Shown here: piece by piece, positions 1 through 12,199 of the stretch | How positions within the stretch are numbered: the first letter of the stretch is position 1 | Layout of the letters: each line of letters opens with the position of its first letter | Assembly (NCBI RefSeq): GCF_001194135.2 | Contig: NC_068981.1 | Span: forward strand, 89,353,348 to 89,397,737 | Source of the DNA: Octopus bimaculoides | Taxonomy: Eukaryota | Direction of reading: 5' to 3' | DNA length: 44,390 nucleotides | Notes under the pieces: generated by a model | The model's input: only the letters and a program-made list of their open reading frames with translations | What the model was told of the DNA's origin: nothing | The model's database searches: none | Position numbers and translations under genes: made by a program

Positions 1-109
1 ATATATGAATATACATAGCATGACAAACACAAAATTCACCATAACCTTATGGGCAAAGATTGATGACTAATAGTCTAAAATTACAATTTTCAAATTCATA
101 CATATACAT

Positions 110-305
110 ATGTGTGTGCGTGTGTATGCACTTATGCATTTGTATGTGTGGCTGCATTTGTGGCATATTTACTTTTTACTTCATTTATATCCCGTCAGAG
201 AAACTGATCGATAAAATAAGTCCCAGAGTTAATGAGAAGTGCCAGTGTGGATAAGTGGATATGATCAGTGCAGTTTAATGAGTGAAACTAATAAAAGAAC
301 TAAAG
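110..305 (+). mobile_element. Degenerate 3' half of the microsatellite-containing SINE (family B here)
   Basis: (GT)n-like stretch followed by GATAAAATAAGTCCCAG...GTGCCAGTGTGG...CAGTTTAATGAGTGAAACTAATAAAAGAA, resembling the family B tails at 34845-35038 and 37370-37450. Confidence 0.35.
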
Positions 306-1384
306 GGAAAAAGAAAATTCGTATTAACTTTTAAATATATACAGAGGTAGTAGCAAAATGAATAACTAGCTGGTTAAATGTACATAGAACAGTATGGTTT
401 TAAATGATATTATATTATTTATATTTTATTACACTCGCATTTTCTGTACCATAGTTGGATTGTTTTACTATGAATCATTAGATTCTTAAAGAAGTACAAA
501 ACGAAAACTTTGCATAAAAATCTCTTTATATCAAACTCTTTTCTATTAACAATAATAAGATGAAAGTTGAATAAGAGTTAAATAATATAGAGCTTATGAA
601 GGAATTCTCCAAGCAGAACAGAAAATCATAAAAAAGCGCCAAATAATAAGCAATAGGATGTAGGATGTACTACAACGTAGAAATTCATATGAAACGTAAA
701 ACTACTCCATTATATCTGTCCTTTTAAAGTGACAACAATAAATTACCGTCAGCGAATACTATTGATGTTGTATTAATATAATCTGAAAATCTTTGCTGTA
801 ATGAAAGGAAATTCAGAATGACTCAGAAGCTAAGATGCAGGAAAATATCAGTCTATTAAAGAAATATTTCATAGTATGAATTAGTAACATCTTATTAGAT
901 GTTTCATTATACTATAGTGAATGCTAGCTAATGTTTGAGCATAAAAGACGTAGGTTTATTGAAAAGAAATTTACAAATTTACAAAAAACATACTATGTGA
1001 AGGATCAGAATTCTTTTTATCGTAAAAAGGAAAAAGAACAAGTGATATGCTATAAATACTGCCGAATTAACTTTTCTTTTGAAATATAGTTAACTAATCT
1101 ATCTATCTATCTATCTATCTATCTATATATCTATCTATCTATCGGTAAAGAATTTATTCACATTAAAGTTCTGAGGAAGATTTTTGGGTGATAGTGATAA
1201 TGCAATGCTAGCGCTTTATGCAACTCCTTACTAGGCACACGGATTTTCACATTACTCTCATTGGTATTTTCGTTCTTCACTTCTCTACAAACCAATTCTT
1301 CAGCATTTTATTCTTTTCTCATTCACAATTTTACGACTTAGACGATAACATCACTTTACCCTCCTTCCCCGAAGATGAGCACGT

Positions 1385-1628
1385 CCTTTCTAAGTCATAC
1401 AGACACGCAGGGCCAGTTTGCCAGTTTCTCCGGAGTATGTATCCCTCCCCCTTCTGGACGGGACGCCTGTCCGCCGCAGGGCTATTCGTTTTTGTCAGCT
1501 GAGTTGACTGGAGCAAAGTGAAATGAAGTGTTTTATTCAACAACACAACGTATAGCCTGTCCAGGAATTGAAACCAGAATCTTAAGATCATAAGTTCAGC
1601 ACCCTTAACCACTAAGCCACAAGCCTCC
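1385..1628 (-). mobile_element. tRNA-derived SINE (family A here)
   Basis: The minus strand reads GGAGGCTTGTGGCTTAGTGGTTAAGG (A-box-like) ... GGTTTCAATTCC (B-box-like), then CACTTCATTTCACTTTGCTCCAGTCAACTCAGCTG. The same body occurs on the + strand at 43268-43505. Confidence 0.75.
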
Positions 1629-2041
1629 ACAACTAGTAAAAAACCATAGCGCCTTTTAGTCCTCACAGCAAATCAAGTTACCCGAGTTATTCTACGAACT
1701 GTCTTGCAGATATAGCGTGTATGTGTGAATTCTATAAATTACATGTGTCAGCAAAATTTTCCAGATTTTCCGCAGTAGTTTCATGCTCTCGAACACCTTT
1801 TCCCTTCATAAGTATTTCTTCTTTATAAAACTTTGTGGCTGTTGAAACTATCGCAATAGTTTTTAAAATAATTCACGACTCATTTACTCTCTGATATTTT
1901 CTTGAGTAAGAATATTGTTATGAGTAAGAATTCTACTGGTGGAATTTGTATTTTTGTGGATTAAGTTTAATAAAATACAGTGAGACAACGTTGCATTTCG
2001 GGGATCTAAAATAAGAGAATGTTATGCAAAGAAGAATGTGT

Positions 2042-2216
<175 letters not shown>

Positions 2217-3615
2217 AAAATATACACAACATTTTGCAATACTTTGGCAGCTTTTTCCGTTGTGATTGATGCTATTTCAGATGCAGTAACTTCACCACCA
2301 CCTCTGTTGTGCATGGTCTCTACTCAGATGTAAGTGCGCATACCCTGTTATACTTATTACATCTCCACTAAACTACACAGGAAATTCAAGTCAGCACATT
2401 CACAGCATCATTGGAGACTCAGGGTGTGTAGATGTTGGTTAAGTATAACCGTACGTGTCTACCTTGGGGTCCCTCCTTCTGGATTTACAGTTGGGGTCGG
2501 ATCCTTTAGCTTTTTAAATATCCGATAAATCACCCCACAAGATAGCAGGGACTTATTATTATAGTGAGCGTTTGTGCACAGCCAGTTACGCTCTCTCAAC
2601 TTTGAAACTTGTATTGGTCGTGTGCAACAAGTGTCACAATCCCCGGGAGATAGGATGCAGGATTTGTATGGAGCATCATTATCATAAATAAGCAGTTAAA
2701 GAGCTAAACGGCCTTATCTCTGTTGGGGTGTCTGTGAATGACCTCCCTGCAGAGGCAATTCTGTGATAAGCTAATTAACTCATTGCAGGGACCCTAAGAT
2801 GTGCTACTACACCGGGTTAGAGAAGACCTAGGAACAATATTGGCTAAAAGGTGGTTCAATACTCTGGAACTCCTGACCCAGGTCCGCACTATCTCATGCT
2901 GTTTAAAGTTGTAGCAAAGACAAATGCTTTGATGTATGCTACTACTACTATTACTACATTTGTACCTGTGGTTGACGAAATATTTTAATCTTCACGGAGT
3001 AGAGCATCCACTGAGCAATTATTAACGTCTCCTTATTTCTAAATTGTAATCCTGACTGTGAAGACTTTATATTTTCTCCCCTAGCTTGAAAACATTAGTA
3101 ACAGACATGTTCAAAGATCGATCGAATTGATTATATCCCTCCCTAAAATATTCTGGTCTTCTGCCAATAAGAAAAAAAAAAATCAATAAATTTAATATTG
3201 AAATAAATGTCGGTTTATGACCATAGACTTCAACACACATTACTTTGCTACATTTCCATCGTAATTGTTTCAACCATTGGATATGGAATATATATGCTTA
3301 CAACTTGAGCTACATGAATGCACAAATATTGACAAATAACTATTTGTATACTAACATCAACAAGTGTTGCAAAATATTTCTATAAACGTGTATAATTTAT
3401 AACGATTTATCTGTAATAGCGAAGGTGACCTATACACGTTATATTGAAGGGGAATTGTATGAAGACAGAAACAACTAATATTGTCTATGGTTACAAGGTT
3501 ACCATGACAATAGATCAAAGATATTCCTGAAGCTTTACAAATCAATTTCGATGCTTCATTATACAATTGATCACTATATAAATGTAACAAAGTAACAAAG
3601 ACCTATATCAATGTA

Positions 3616-3661
<46 letters not shown>

Positions 3662-3730
3662 ACATAGATTGTGTGTGTGTATGTGAATAATATATATATG
3701 TATATGTGCGTGTGTGTATTTATGAATTAA

Positions 3731-4290
3731 TTATTCTTAGTTGATTGCTATTGATTTTGTCCTTGATATCGTGAGGAAATCCTATGATGGAAACCTCTTA
3801 TGTGTTTAAATGTACACTGTATTTATATGAAGAATATATAGTCTGTGGATTAATTTTTTACACGCTAGGTCACTGGTCGTAGAAATGTATAATATTTCTA
3901 ATTACCCTTCGATATTATTAATCACTGATAAATTTTTCTGGATAATTTTCGAATTTTAAACGCCGGCATTTTTTATTTACTGCTGGCAAGGAGCTGCGCT
4001 TGCGCGGTAGATTTGAAAAGTTAGAATGTATAAGCATGGGTCATATGTTGGATTGCCTCGTGTATATATGTTTAATCTGGGTGTACCTGCTGAAGAAGAC
4101 TTCACCTGGAAAATTATTTTATTTGCTAAAAAAAGTCAGAAACCATGGTTCAGAAGCTAGATGGTAAATGTTTTTATTTTTTATTCCCTTCGAAATTTTA
4201 TCCCTAATAGTGGTTTGCAACTTAGCTGTTCTTTCCAGCGTGAGGGAATCCTACGATGGATACGTCTTATGTGTTTAAATGTACACTGTA
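3731..4290 (+). mobile_element. ~469-bp-unit repeat (about 1.2 tandem units) carrying a hammerhead motif; Penelope-like pLTR or retrozyme-like
   Basis: GTGAGG-AATCCTA-GATGG...CTTATGTGTTTAAATGTACACTGTAT occurs at 3771-3822 and again at 4240-4291 (offset 469). Another copy lies at 44087-44360. The full unit ends in (TA)n. Confidence 0.65.
4087..4153 (+). ncRNA. Candidate type I minimal hammerhead ribozyme
   Basis: CTG|CTGAAGA|A|GACTT...AAGTC|A|GAAA|CCATGG|TT|CAG. Core boxes CUGAAGA (4090-4096) and GAAA (4139-4142); helix II GACUU/AAGUC; self-complementary helix III AACCAUGGUU; cleavage triplet GUU; helix I CUG/CAG. Confidence 0.6.
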
Positions 4291-4295
4291 TATAT

Positions 4296-4330
<35 letters not shown>

Positions 4331-4671
4331 NNNNNNNNNNNNNNNNNNNNNNNNNNNNNNNNNNNNNNNNNNNNNNNNNNNNNNNNNNNNNNNNNNNNNN
4401 NNNNNNNNNNNNNNNNNNNNNNNNNNNNNNNNNNNNNNNNNNNNNNNNNNNNNNNNNNNNNNNNNNNNNNNNNNNNNNNNNNNNNNNNNNNNNNNNNNNN
4501 NNNNNNNNNNNNNNNNNNNNNNNNNNNNNNNNNNNNNNNNNNNNNNNNNNNNNNNNNNNNNNNNNNNNNNNNNNNNNNNNNNNNNNNNNNNNNNNNNNNN
4601 NNNNNNNNNNNNNAAATATTCATGTGAAATTGTTTTTATTATAATTGAACATATAAACGAATATTAACATA

Positions 4672-5365
4672 CGGAGTGCGGTAATAAATTGTCGTCTAAA
4701 TTACACAAAAATTTAAATAATTTCATTTTAACATATATATTTACCAAAATTACATAAAAATATCTTGAAATACTAAAGAGTAAATTCATTCAATAAAATC
4801 ACCATTGGCTTTAACCACGGCCTCTAGATGTCTTAGGAATCTCCTACAACTCTCCTGGATGGTCTCCTTTTTTAAGTTGGTGAATGCTGTCATAATCCTT
4901 GCCTTCAGTTCATCTTTGGTGTTACAAGGTGTCCTGTTGGTCTCTCGCTCAACTGCGCCCCACACGTAATAATGTAGGGATTTGCAGTTTGGGGAGTTAG
5001 GTGGCCAGATCTTAGGGGTGATGTGGCATGGTACAGAGTCCTGTTGCCAGACATAGCCCTTCCAACCTCTTAGCCCAGAGGAGCACTACCTCCCCCAGGC
5101 ACTTGATGTACGCCCCGTGTTGAGTCTGAGAACTTGTGGGAAGATGAATGGAGGTATAACGTCGCTATCACTAGTGATCACTACAAACACCATGATGTTT
5201 TTAACACTCTCGGTACATGTCCTCAGATTAACACCCTAACACTCTCTCACATTCGTAGTGGAACTTCTGGCCCGAATGCCAAGTAGTGCATCATGTCGTT
5301 TCTAAGTTACTGGCAGAGTGAATTGGGTCATGTTTCTCTCACGGACGGTGCCCAACCGACCCTAC
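4672..5365 (-). mobile_element. Internally deleted DD37D (maT-type) Tc1/mariner transposon
   Basis: The minus strand encodes VWQQDSVPCH, ITPKIWPPNSPNCKSLHYYVWGAVERETNRTPCNTKDELKARIMTAFTNL. The TIR CGGAGTGCGGTAATAAATTG follows TA at 4670-4671. Colinear with the copy at 38733-40034. Confidence 0.88.
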
Positions 5366-7841
5366 GTAATCATCCGTTTTTCACAGGGTTCTGATATACA
5401 TGCTATCAGGTTTTTGTTTCCTTTTTTCAGCTGAGAGGGGAAATTCATTACGTTAAGAAATATCTGCACTACAGACTCATTAACATACATAATCACTTTA
5501 TAGCATTTGTAAAACTAATATCTGCCAGCAAGTTACCGATATACGCATTTAATTGCACTACCTTAGGTTATGTAGCCTTCTACATAGTATGAACGTGACA
5601 ATTTGTATTTTAGACAAGTTAATTTATGAGATCTTATTCTATTTATTGACAATGAGTTTTACAGTAGAATAACATGTCCTTTCACGACGTAACTTGTCAC
5701 AACCGAAAGAGACATCGATTTATTTTATGTTTTTAATGTAATAAATGCATAACTTACAAGACACAACAACCAATGTATCTCAGGAAATGGGTCACGTAGT
5801 CTGAAATACAAGCAATTAAGTTAATACTATATAAACCGTGCTAACAGAAATTAAATGAAAAAAATGCCATCATTTGAATATTTCTCTGATCTTATTTACT
5901 ATTGATTTTACGAGTGAAAAACCTTTAGAAGGATTTATTAACGATCCGTATAGATAATCCATAAGCGAACAGAACTGCGTTATCTTTAAATAGAGTCTTT
6001 GAATTTATATAAAATCTACGTTTGATCAATAGCGAAACACGCCTATAGTTTTTGATAGATTTATTAATAAGAGTATATAATGTATAAAAACATAATAAAA
6101 TACCTAAATCAGTTACGTACTTTATACTTCTTACAGTAAGTATTCAGCATTTTAGAGCATTTCAAAACAAAATGAAATGGAAATGGACTTATCGGGGTAT
6201 TAAGAGAATTAAGGAGTGAGAAAATATACTTTCCCAGTAAGTGAGATGTTGAAATTCTCTTCTTAAACAGGTATGTTCGCATTGAGTATTTTACTAAAAG
6301 CACGTTCTTATCTGAATAAAAAGCTAACATGTAAAGACTACTAAATCACATGGTAAAATGATGAAATACTAACATTAAACTGTTAGATAATAACAATATA
6401 TATAACCACACTGGGTTCATAGGCAGTGCTATATATTCCCGAACCAGGCACTTCGATTGGATAATTAGGACAAGTAATTGAAACGCGACAAGATACAATA
6501 GCTTTGGAAATGCCCAATCAATACTGTGTTGTTTCGAGATTAACGTTCCGTGTAACATAAAATATAATTTACAAAATACATATACTTACATATGCGTTTT
6601 ATTAATTAAAAAAAAAAAGCATTTTCAGAAACGAAATAAAATATTTTCTAAACAATATTGCACAATTTTGTTTCTTATATTTGTGTTCGACAACAAATAC
6701 TTTTACATTACAATTTTTTTATTTTTGTTTTGCGAAGGGGTTCTATTTATAGATGGTTTACAATTATAATATAACCTGCTGTAGTCTTCTTGAAGTGAAT
6801 ATTTGAAGGTTACGATTCTGAACAGACGTTCTCAAAGTACAATGCAAATCCGAGTGACTGCCTCTTCAAACTACAACTTTTTCTTCTCTACCTTTTAATT
6901 CAGAACTAGCTTTTAATTTACAAAAATGCCCAATTTCTCTCCATACAAAATTAATCTACAAGAAATAGAAAGGGATATACAACATATAACAGTACTGTTC
7001 TAAGCTGATTAAGATAGATGAGATAAAAGTACTTCTTGGATTTGAGTTAGTTTTAGCAGAATTTGAACCGTTGCAAGCACTCGTACAAGACAACTGTAAA
7101 AAACAAAACAACATTCTTTTTTTTTTCTTATCAAGCTTCGCCGGTAGAGATTCTTTCCGAAGTTGCATTCGATTTTCAGGGATATTTCGCAAAATTGAAT
7201 ATATATTAGATTTATTTAAAACAGAAGCTTTACAAACGCTACTTTCTCACCCATTTTAAAATTGTCCTACAGTTAAAATTGCTTTGACGTAGCATTATAG
7301 CAATGATTTAGATAATATTACGGTAGTTTCTTTCATACATAATTGAGGATCTAAAAATATAAAATTTTCATACTTTATTTCACGAAGACACTATCCCTTA
7401 TTCCAAGGTTACATTTTTTGTAAAATTTGTTATTATCCAATAATTCAACAACAGCTTTATGGTAAAGCTTCTTGAATTTTAAACTAATTTTAACATTAAA
7501 GAGAAAAACAGTATTTTACAATTATCTTCTGATTGCTTCTGATAACTTTGTTTATTATTCCTGGAAGCAAACTGGATAATGAAATTGCTATTTTTATTAT
7601 CTTTAGCCGTAGTGCATAAATATATAACATTACATATATTTTCAACATACATACAAAATATTGCAGGCTTATATGCAGATATATATACCAGTTTCAAATT
7701 GTAAAATGCTAAGAACGTGAATATATATATATATATATANNNNNNNNNNNNNNNNNNNNNNNNNNNNNNNNNNNNNNNNNNNNNNNNNNNNNNNNNNNNN
7801 NTATATACATAAACATACATATATATGTGTGTGTCTGTGTG

Positions 7842-7876
<35 letters not shown>

Positions 7877-10006
7877 CTTTTTACTTTTTACTTTACCATT
7901 TGAAGCTAATCTTACAAATAAACTGGAAATTGGAAATATAATGAAAAGCTATTTATATATAATACCCAAAATTTGATTGATTCTTCAAAAAAAGACAGGA
8001 AAAAAACACTTCGTTATTCGTTATAATTCAGTCTGCCAATTTTAGAAAAGATTAGTTCACCTTTTCTGATTTACACTCTTCGTTCTATCTGACAGTTTTT
8101 TTTATTATTTCAAATTCTAGTTATTTCATACTTTCTACCATAACTGTCCGTAAAGCCCTACATTCCATTCTCTATGTTGTCTACCAATTCCTTACTCTTG
8201 CACTTTCTATGCTACTCTGATTTTTATCTTTCCGAATTCAATGTGCTAGGAGGTTGTTAAATTATTTGTATAAGAAATTTAACTTTAACTCATTTCACGT
8301 TTAAAAAAAATCACTCCTCAGTTTAGAGCGCAACGCTTGTAAGTTTGTAGTATATCCAGGTCGACCGAGCGCAATGTGCTGATGATATGGTATGTCACTG
8401 AGGATTAACAGGCAAAGTCAGATAGAGAACGATTTAAACATAGAGCGTAAATGATGGTAACTGAACATTGCAATACATTTAATCCATCACCTTAACTGTT
8501 TCTACCATTTCCCCACCATGATATTGATTTTGCTCTTAAAACATGGAAAATATTGTGATGTTGACATTAAATTAAAGGGAATATTCTGTGAGATGAGAGA
8601 AATAATTCGTTAATTATGATATGATCGAATTAGAAAATGCATTCCGTATGCTTCATCTGTGTTCAGATATTTCTATTGCTCTCTTATTTGTTTGCATTGA
8701 TTACATTGAATGTTTGCTTCATTTACTGAAATATTTTTTATGCACGATTCTTCCTAGCCTACTTTGCCGATCTTCACTATGAAACGAGTCTCACTCAGTT
8801 TATGCAAAAGTTGGTGCGGATTAGAATTATAACTAGGTTTGTTGGGTTGCAATACGCATCTTCTACTTTGTAGTCGAAGATGGAAATACTTTGTACCCGT
8901 CTATATATTTGTCTAATAATTTACACACCATCTGCTACTACTCCAAATGATTAAAGAGTTTAAATTTAACAAAAATAGTACGATTGACGTAAAATTTAAA
9001 CCTTCTAAACCTGAATAATGACAGGGAGCACAGTTTAAAATCTATGCATTGTTTCAATCATAATCCATTGCTTGGGAATATCATATTTGCAGAGTAAAGG
9101 ACGCAGTCTCCTTCCCCAGCTGTTTTTCTAGGTCATCAGCCAATTTCAAAATTCTACCACCTTTTTCCTGTTATTCTACTCGTGTCCTTTCAATATTTGT
9201 TTTTGCAAAGGATTTCTCCATGAATGATAATGCTTGTAGGAGATTCTTGTTGTTTCGCCTCATGCCATCCAAAACTTTGATGATAGGCATTATCATCGCA
9301 AGCGACATTCAGTACTTTTACTATGAATATGAAATACCAGACTACACCATCTAAAATCTTTTTTTCTAAGAAGTTATGGCGTTGTATCAAGATCATTTGG
9401 CTGCTATCTCTAACATCAAGAACCATAACGGAGTTGTCTGATGCTAGAAGTAGCGTGTCATGGTGCTGTGTTGCATGGTAAAACAATTTTAGTTTCTAAT
9501 ATTAAATTATTAACAGAATTGTATCGTGACTTGCAATCTTCCCAGCAATTTATTTCGTAACAGTTTCATTAGTTTAATGATATATGGAACTTAAAGCATA
9601 TTGCTATAACATACCTTTCGAAGGTTTTTTTTAAACTGTCATAATCTAACATCCCTCATCCGTTTCAGTTAAGACCTTTTTACATAATAGTCCCACTTGG
9701 AAAATGATATTTTGCTGCTATCTTAATGTTTATATATTTAGTTTTTCAAACAGAGTCTACTTTTAATACTCAGTAATTGGTTCAACGCATTTGGAAAGGA
9801 GCGAGAGGGGCAATTGACTACCTGTCACAATCGGGTAGAAGAAATATTGCTAGGAATTACCATTCGAATGTAATAATTCACCTGTTTTTTCGTCGGTGTT
9901 CATCTTTCGCTGTTGTTCACCAGTGAAAGATGTACATATACGTGCACACGGGCATATATGCATAATACATATACATACACTTTTGTATACAGATATATAC
10001 ATATGC

Positions 10007-10392
10007 TTTTTGTTGGCACTCCGTCGGTTACGACGTCGATGGTTCCAGTTGATCCGATCAACGGAACAGCCTGCTCGTGAAATTAACGTTCAAGTGGTTG
10101 AACACTCCACAGACACGTGTACCCTCAACGTAGCTCCCGGGGAGATTCAGCCTGACACAGAGTGTGACAAGGCTGGCCATTTGAAATACAGGTATAACAG
10201 AAACAGGAAGAACGAGTGAGAGAAAGTTGTGGTGAAAGAGTACAGCAGGGTTCGCCACCATCTTTTGCCGGCGCCTCGTGGAACTTTGGGTGTTTTCGCT
10301 CAACAAACACGCACAACGCCCGGTCTGGGAATCGAAACCGCGATCCTACGACCACGAGTCCGCTGCCCTAACCACTGGGCCATTGCGCCTCC
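10007..10392 (-). mobile_element. Near full-length tRNA-derived SINE with a conserved central domain (family C here)
   Basis: Head GGAGGCGCAATGGCCCAGTGGTTAGGGCAGCGGACTCGTGGTCGTAGGATCGCGGTTTCGATTCCC with A and B boxes. The body ACACGTGTCTGTGGAGTG(T/C)TCA(A/G)CCACTT is shared with 43095-43200. Confidence 0.85.
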
Positions 10393-11677
10393 ACTATATA
10401 CATATATGCGTTTGCATATATATATATATANNNNNNNNNNNNNNNNNNNNNNNNNNNNNNNNNNNNNNNNNNNNNNNNNNNNNNNNNNNNNNNNNNNNNN
10501 NNNNNNNNNNNNNNNNNNNNNNNNNNNNNNNNNNNNNNNNNNNNNNNNNNNNNNNNNNNNNNNNNNNNNNNNNNNNNNNNNNNNNNNNNNNNNNNNNNNN
10601 NNNNNNNNNNNNNNNNNNNNNNNNNNNNNNNNNNNNNNNNNNNNNNNNNNNNNNNNNNNNNNNNNNNNNNNNNNNNNNNNNNNNNNNNNNNNNNNNNNNN
10701 NNNNNNNNNNNNNNNNNNNNNNNNNNNNNNNNNNNNNNNNNNNNNNNNNNNNNNNNNNNNNNNNNNNNNNNNNNNNNNNNNNNNNNNNNNNNNNNNNNNN
10801 NNNNNNNNNNNNNNNNNNNNNNNNNNNNNNNNNNNNNNNNNNNNNNNNNNNNNNNNNNNNNNNNNNNNNNNNNNNNNNNNNNNNNNNNNNNNNNNNNNNN
10901 NNNNNNNNNNNNNNNNNNNNNTATATATATAATGCATATAAATAAACACACAGGCACACACACGCATAGGCACAAACATATCTATGTGTACGTGAGTGTG
11001 CGCTTGCGCAGGAGGGTCGACATGTATTAAGCTACATGTAGATTAGGGCTAAACTTATCTCTATAAAAGGATTTTGTTTATCACTGAGATTTTCTCCGTG
11101 TCGAGAATCTTATCTCATTTAAATAAAACTCATGCAGAGCTGCATCGGTGTATTTATATCTACCGTGTGAAATTTGACACCTTGGAGGTCATTTCTAATC
11201 TAGAGGACTCAGAATGGAACCAGCAGCTTTTAGTTTGAATTGATAATTCATCAAGATTCGCTCACCTCTCCTTCATGAACTGCATATTAAAGGGGCGAAA
11301 AATTATAAAGAATGTTATGGAAATGTGTGATGTACAACTCATTAATCTAAATGTATAATGTTGAGGGCCGTTCAATAACTACAAGAGTACCAATACAGCG
11401 ATAGTTATAAATTAATAAATATACGGTAATATTTATATGCATTTAATTTTGCAAAGAAATCCAGACTCGTAAAATCAATAGTGGCGACTAAATCGTGTTT
11501 TCATTTATTGATATATAGCAATTTATCAAGATCCGTTTACTGCTCTTTATAGTAGTTTAACTTCCAGCAGCAACGAAGTAGTTGCTATAAAAGTAACATT
11601 CCTGTATGCGTCAGCAGCTATAGTATAAATAACATTCCCTATAAAGTAGATAAAGCGATGGACAATCAGTAGCGTAG

Positions 11678-11731
<54 letters not shown>

Positions 11732-12199
11732 ACGTGGTTCGCCCTATATGTCGCTTTCATCGGGGCGGTATTTTGGGGCTTGCTGTATGAGCATGCATAG
11801 GCAATATTCAAAGAAATGTTTTTAATGTCGGACTCCTACTCACAGTTTTCGATTTTAAGTAACTTTAAGAGACAATCGCCGGTGCATTAAGTTTAATTGT
11901 TAAGGAGGACTAATTGCAGGATTAAGGCTGACACTCAAGGCCTGACTCTGGCAGTACACACGCTTGCTACGCTAAAGGGAACAACCTTTTGTTTTTTTCA
12001 AATATGCGTGTCCTAGAAGAATCAGATCCTTTTAGGCAAGTTAGGTTGACACTGCTTAAGCTGTTACAAGTGGACACTTGCACGAAAGACATGAAGAGGG
12101 AGTTTGTTTCACTGGGGTAGCTTCTGGGTTGGAAGAACTGAGGGTAGTGTTTTATTTTCTTATCTCTGTTTTATCTGCATCTTTCTATCTGTGATTGTG

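Noticed and set aside
9190-9486. 98-aa ORF with a loose resemblance to a WD-repeat/TAF1C-like segment
   Set aside because: The resemblance is a few residues only, no supporting neighbouring exons could be identified, and other frames are equally plausible.
10320-10392. tRNA-like sequence with A and B boxes
   Set aside because: It has no proper acceptor stem and runs into a SINE body, so it is a SINE head. The same applies at 1560-1628, 35121 and 43268.
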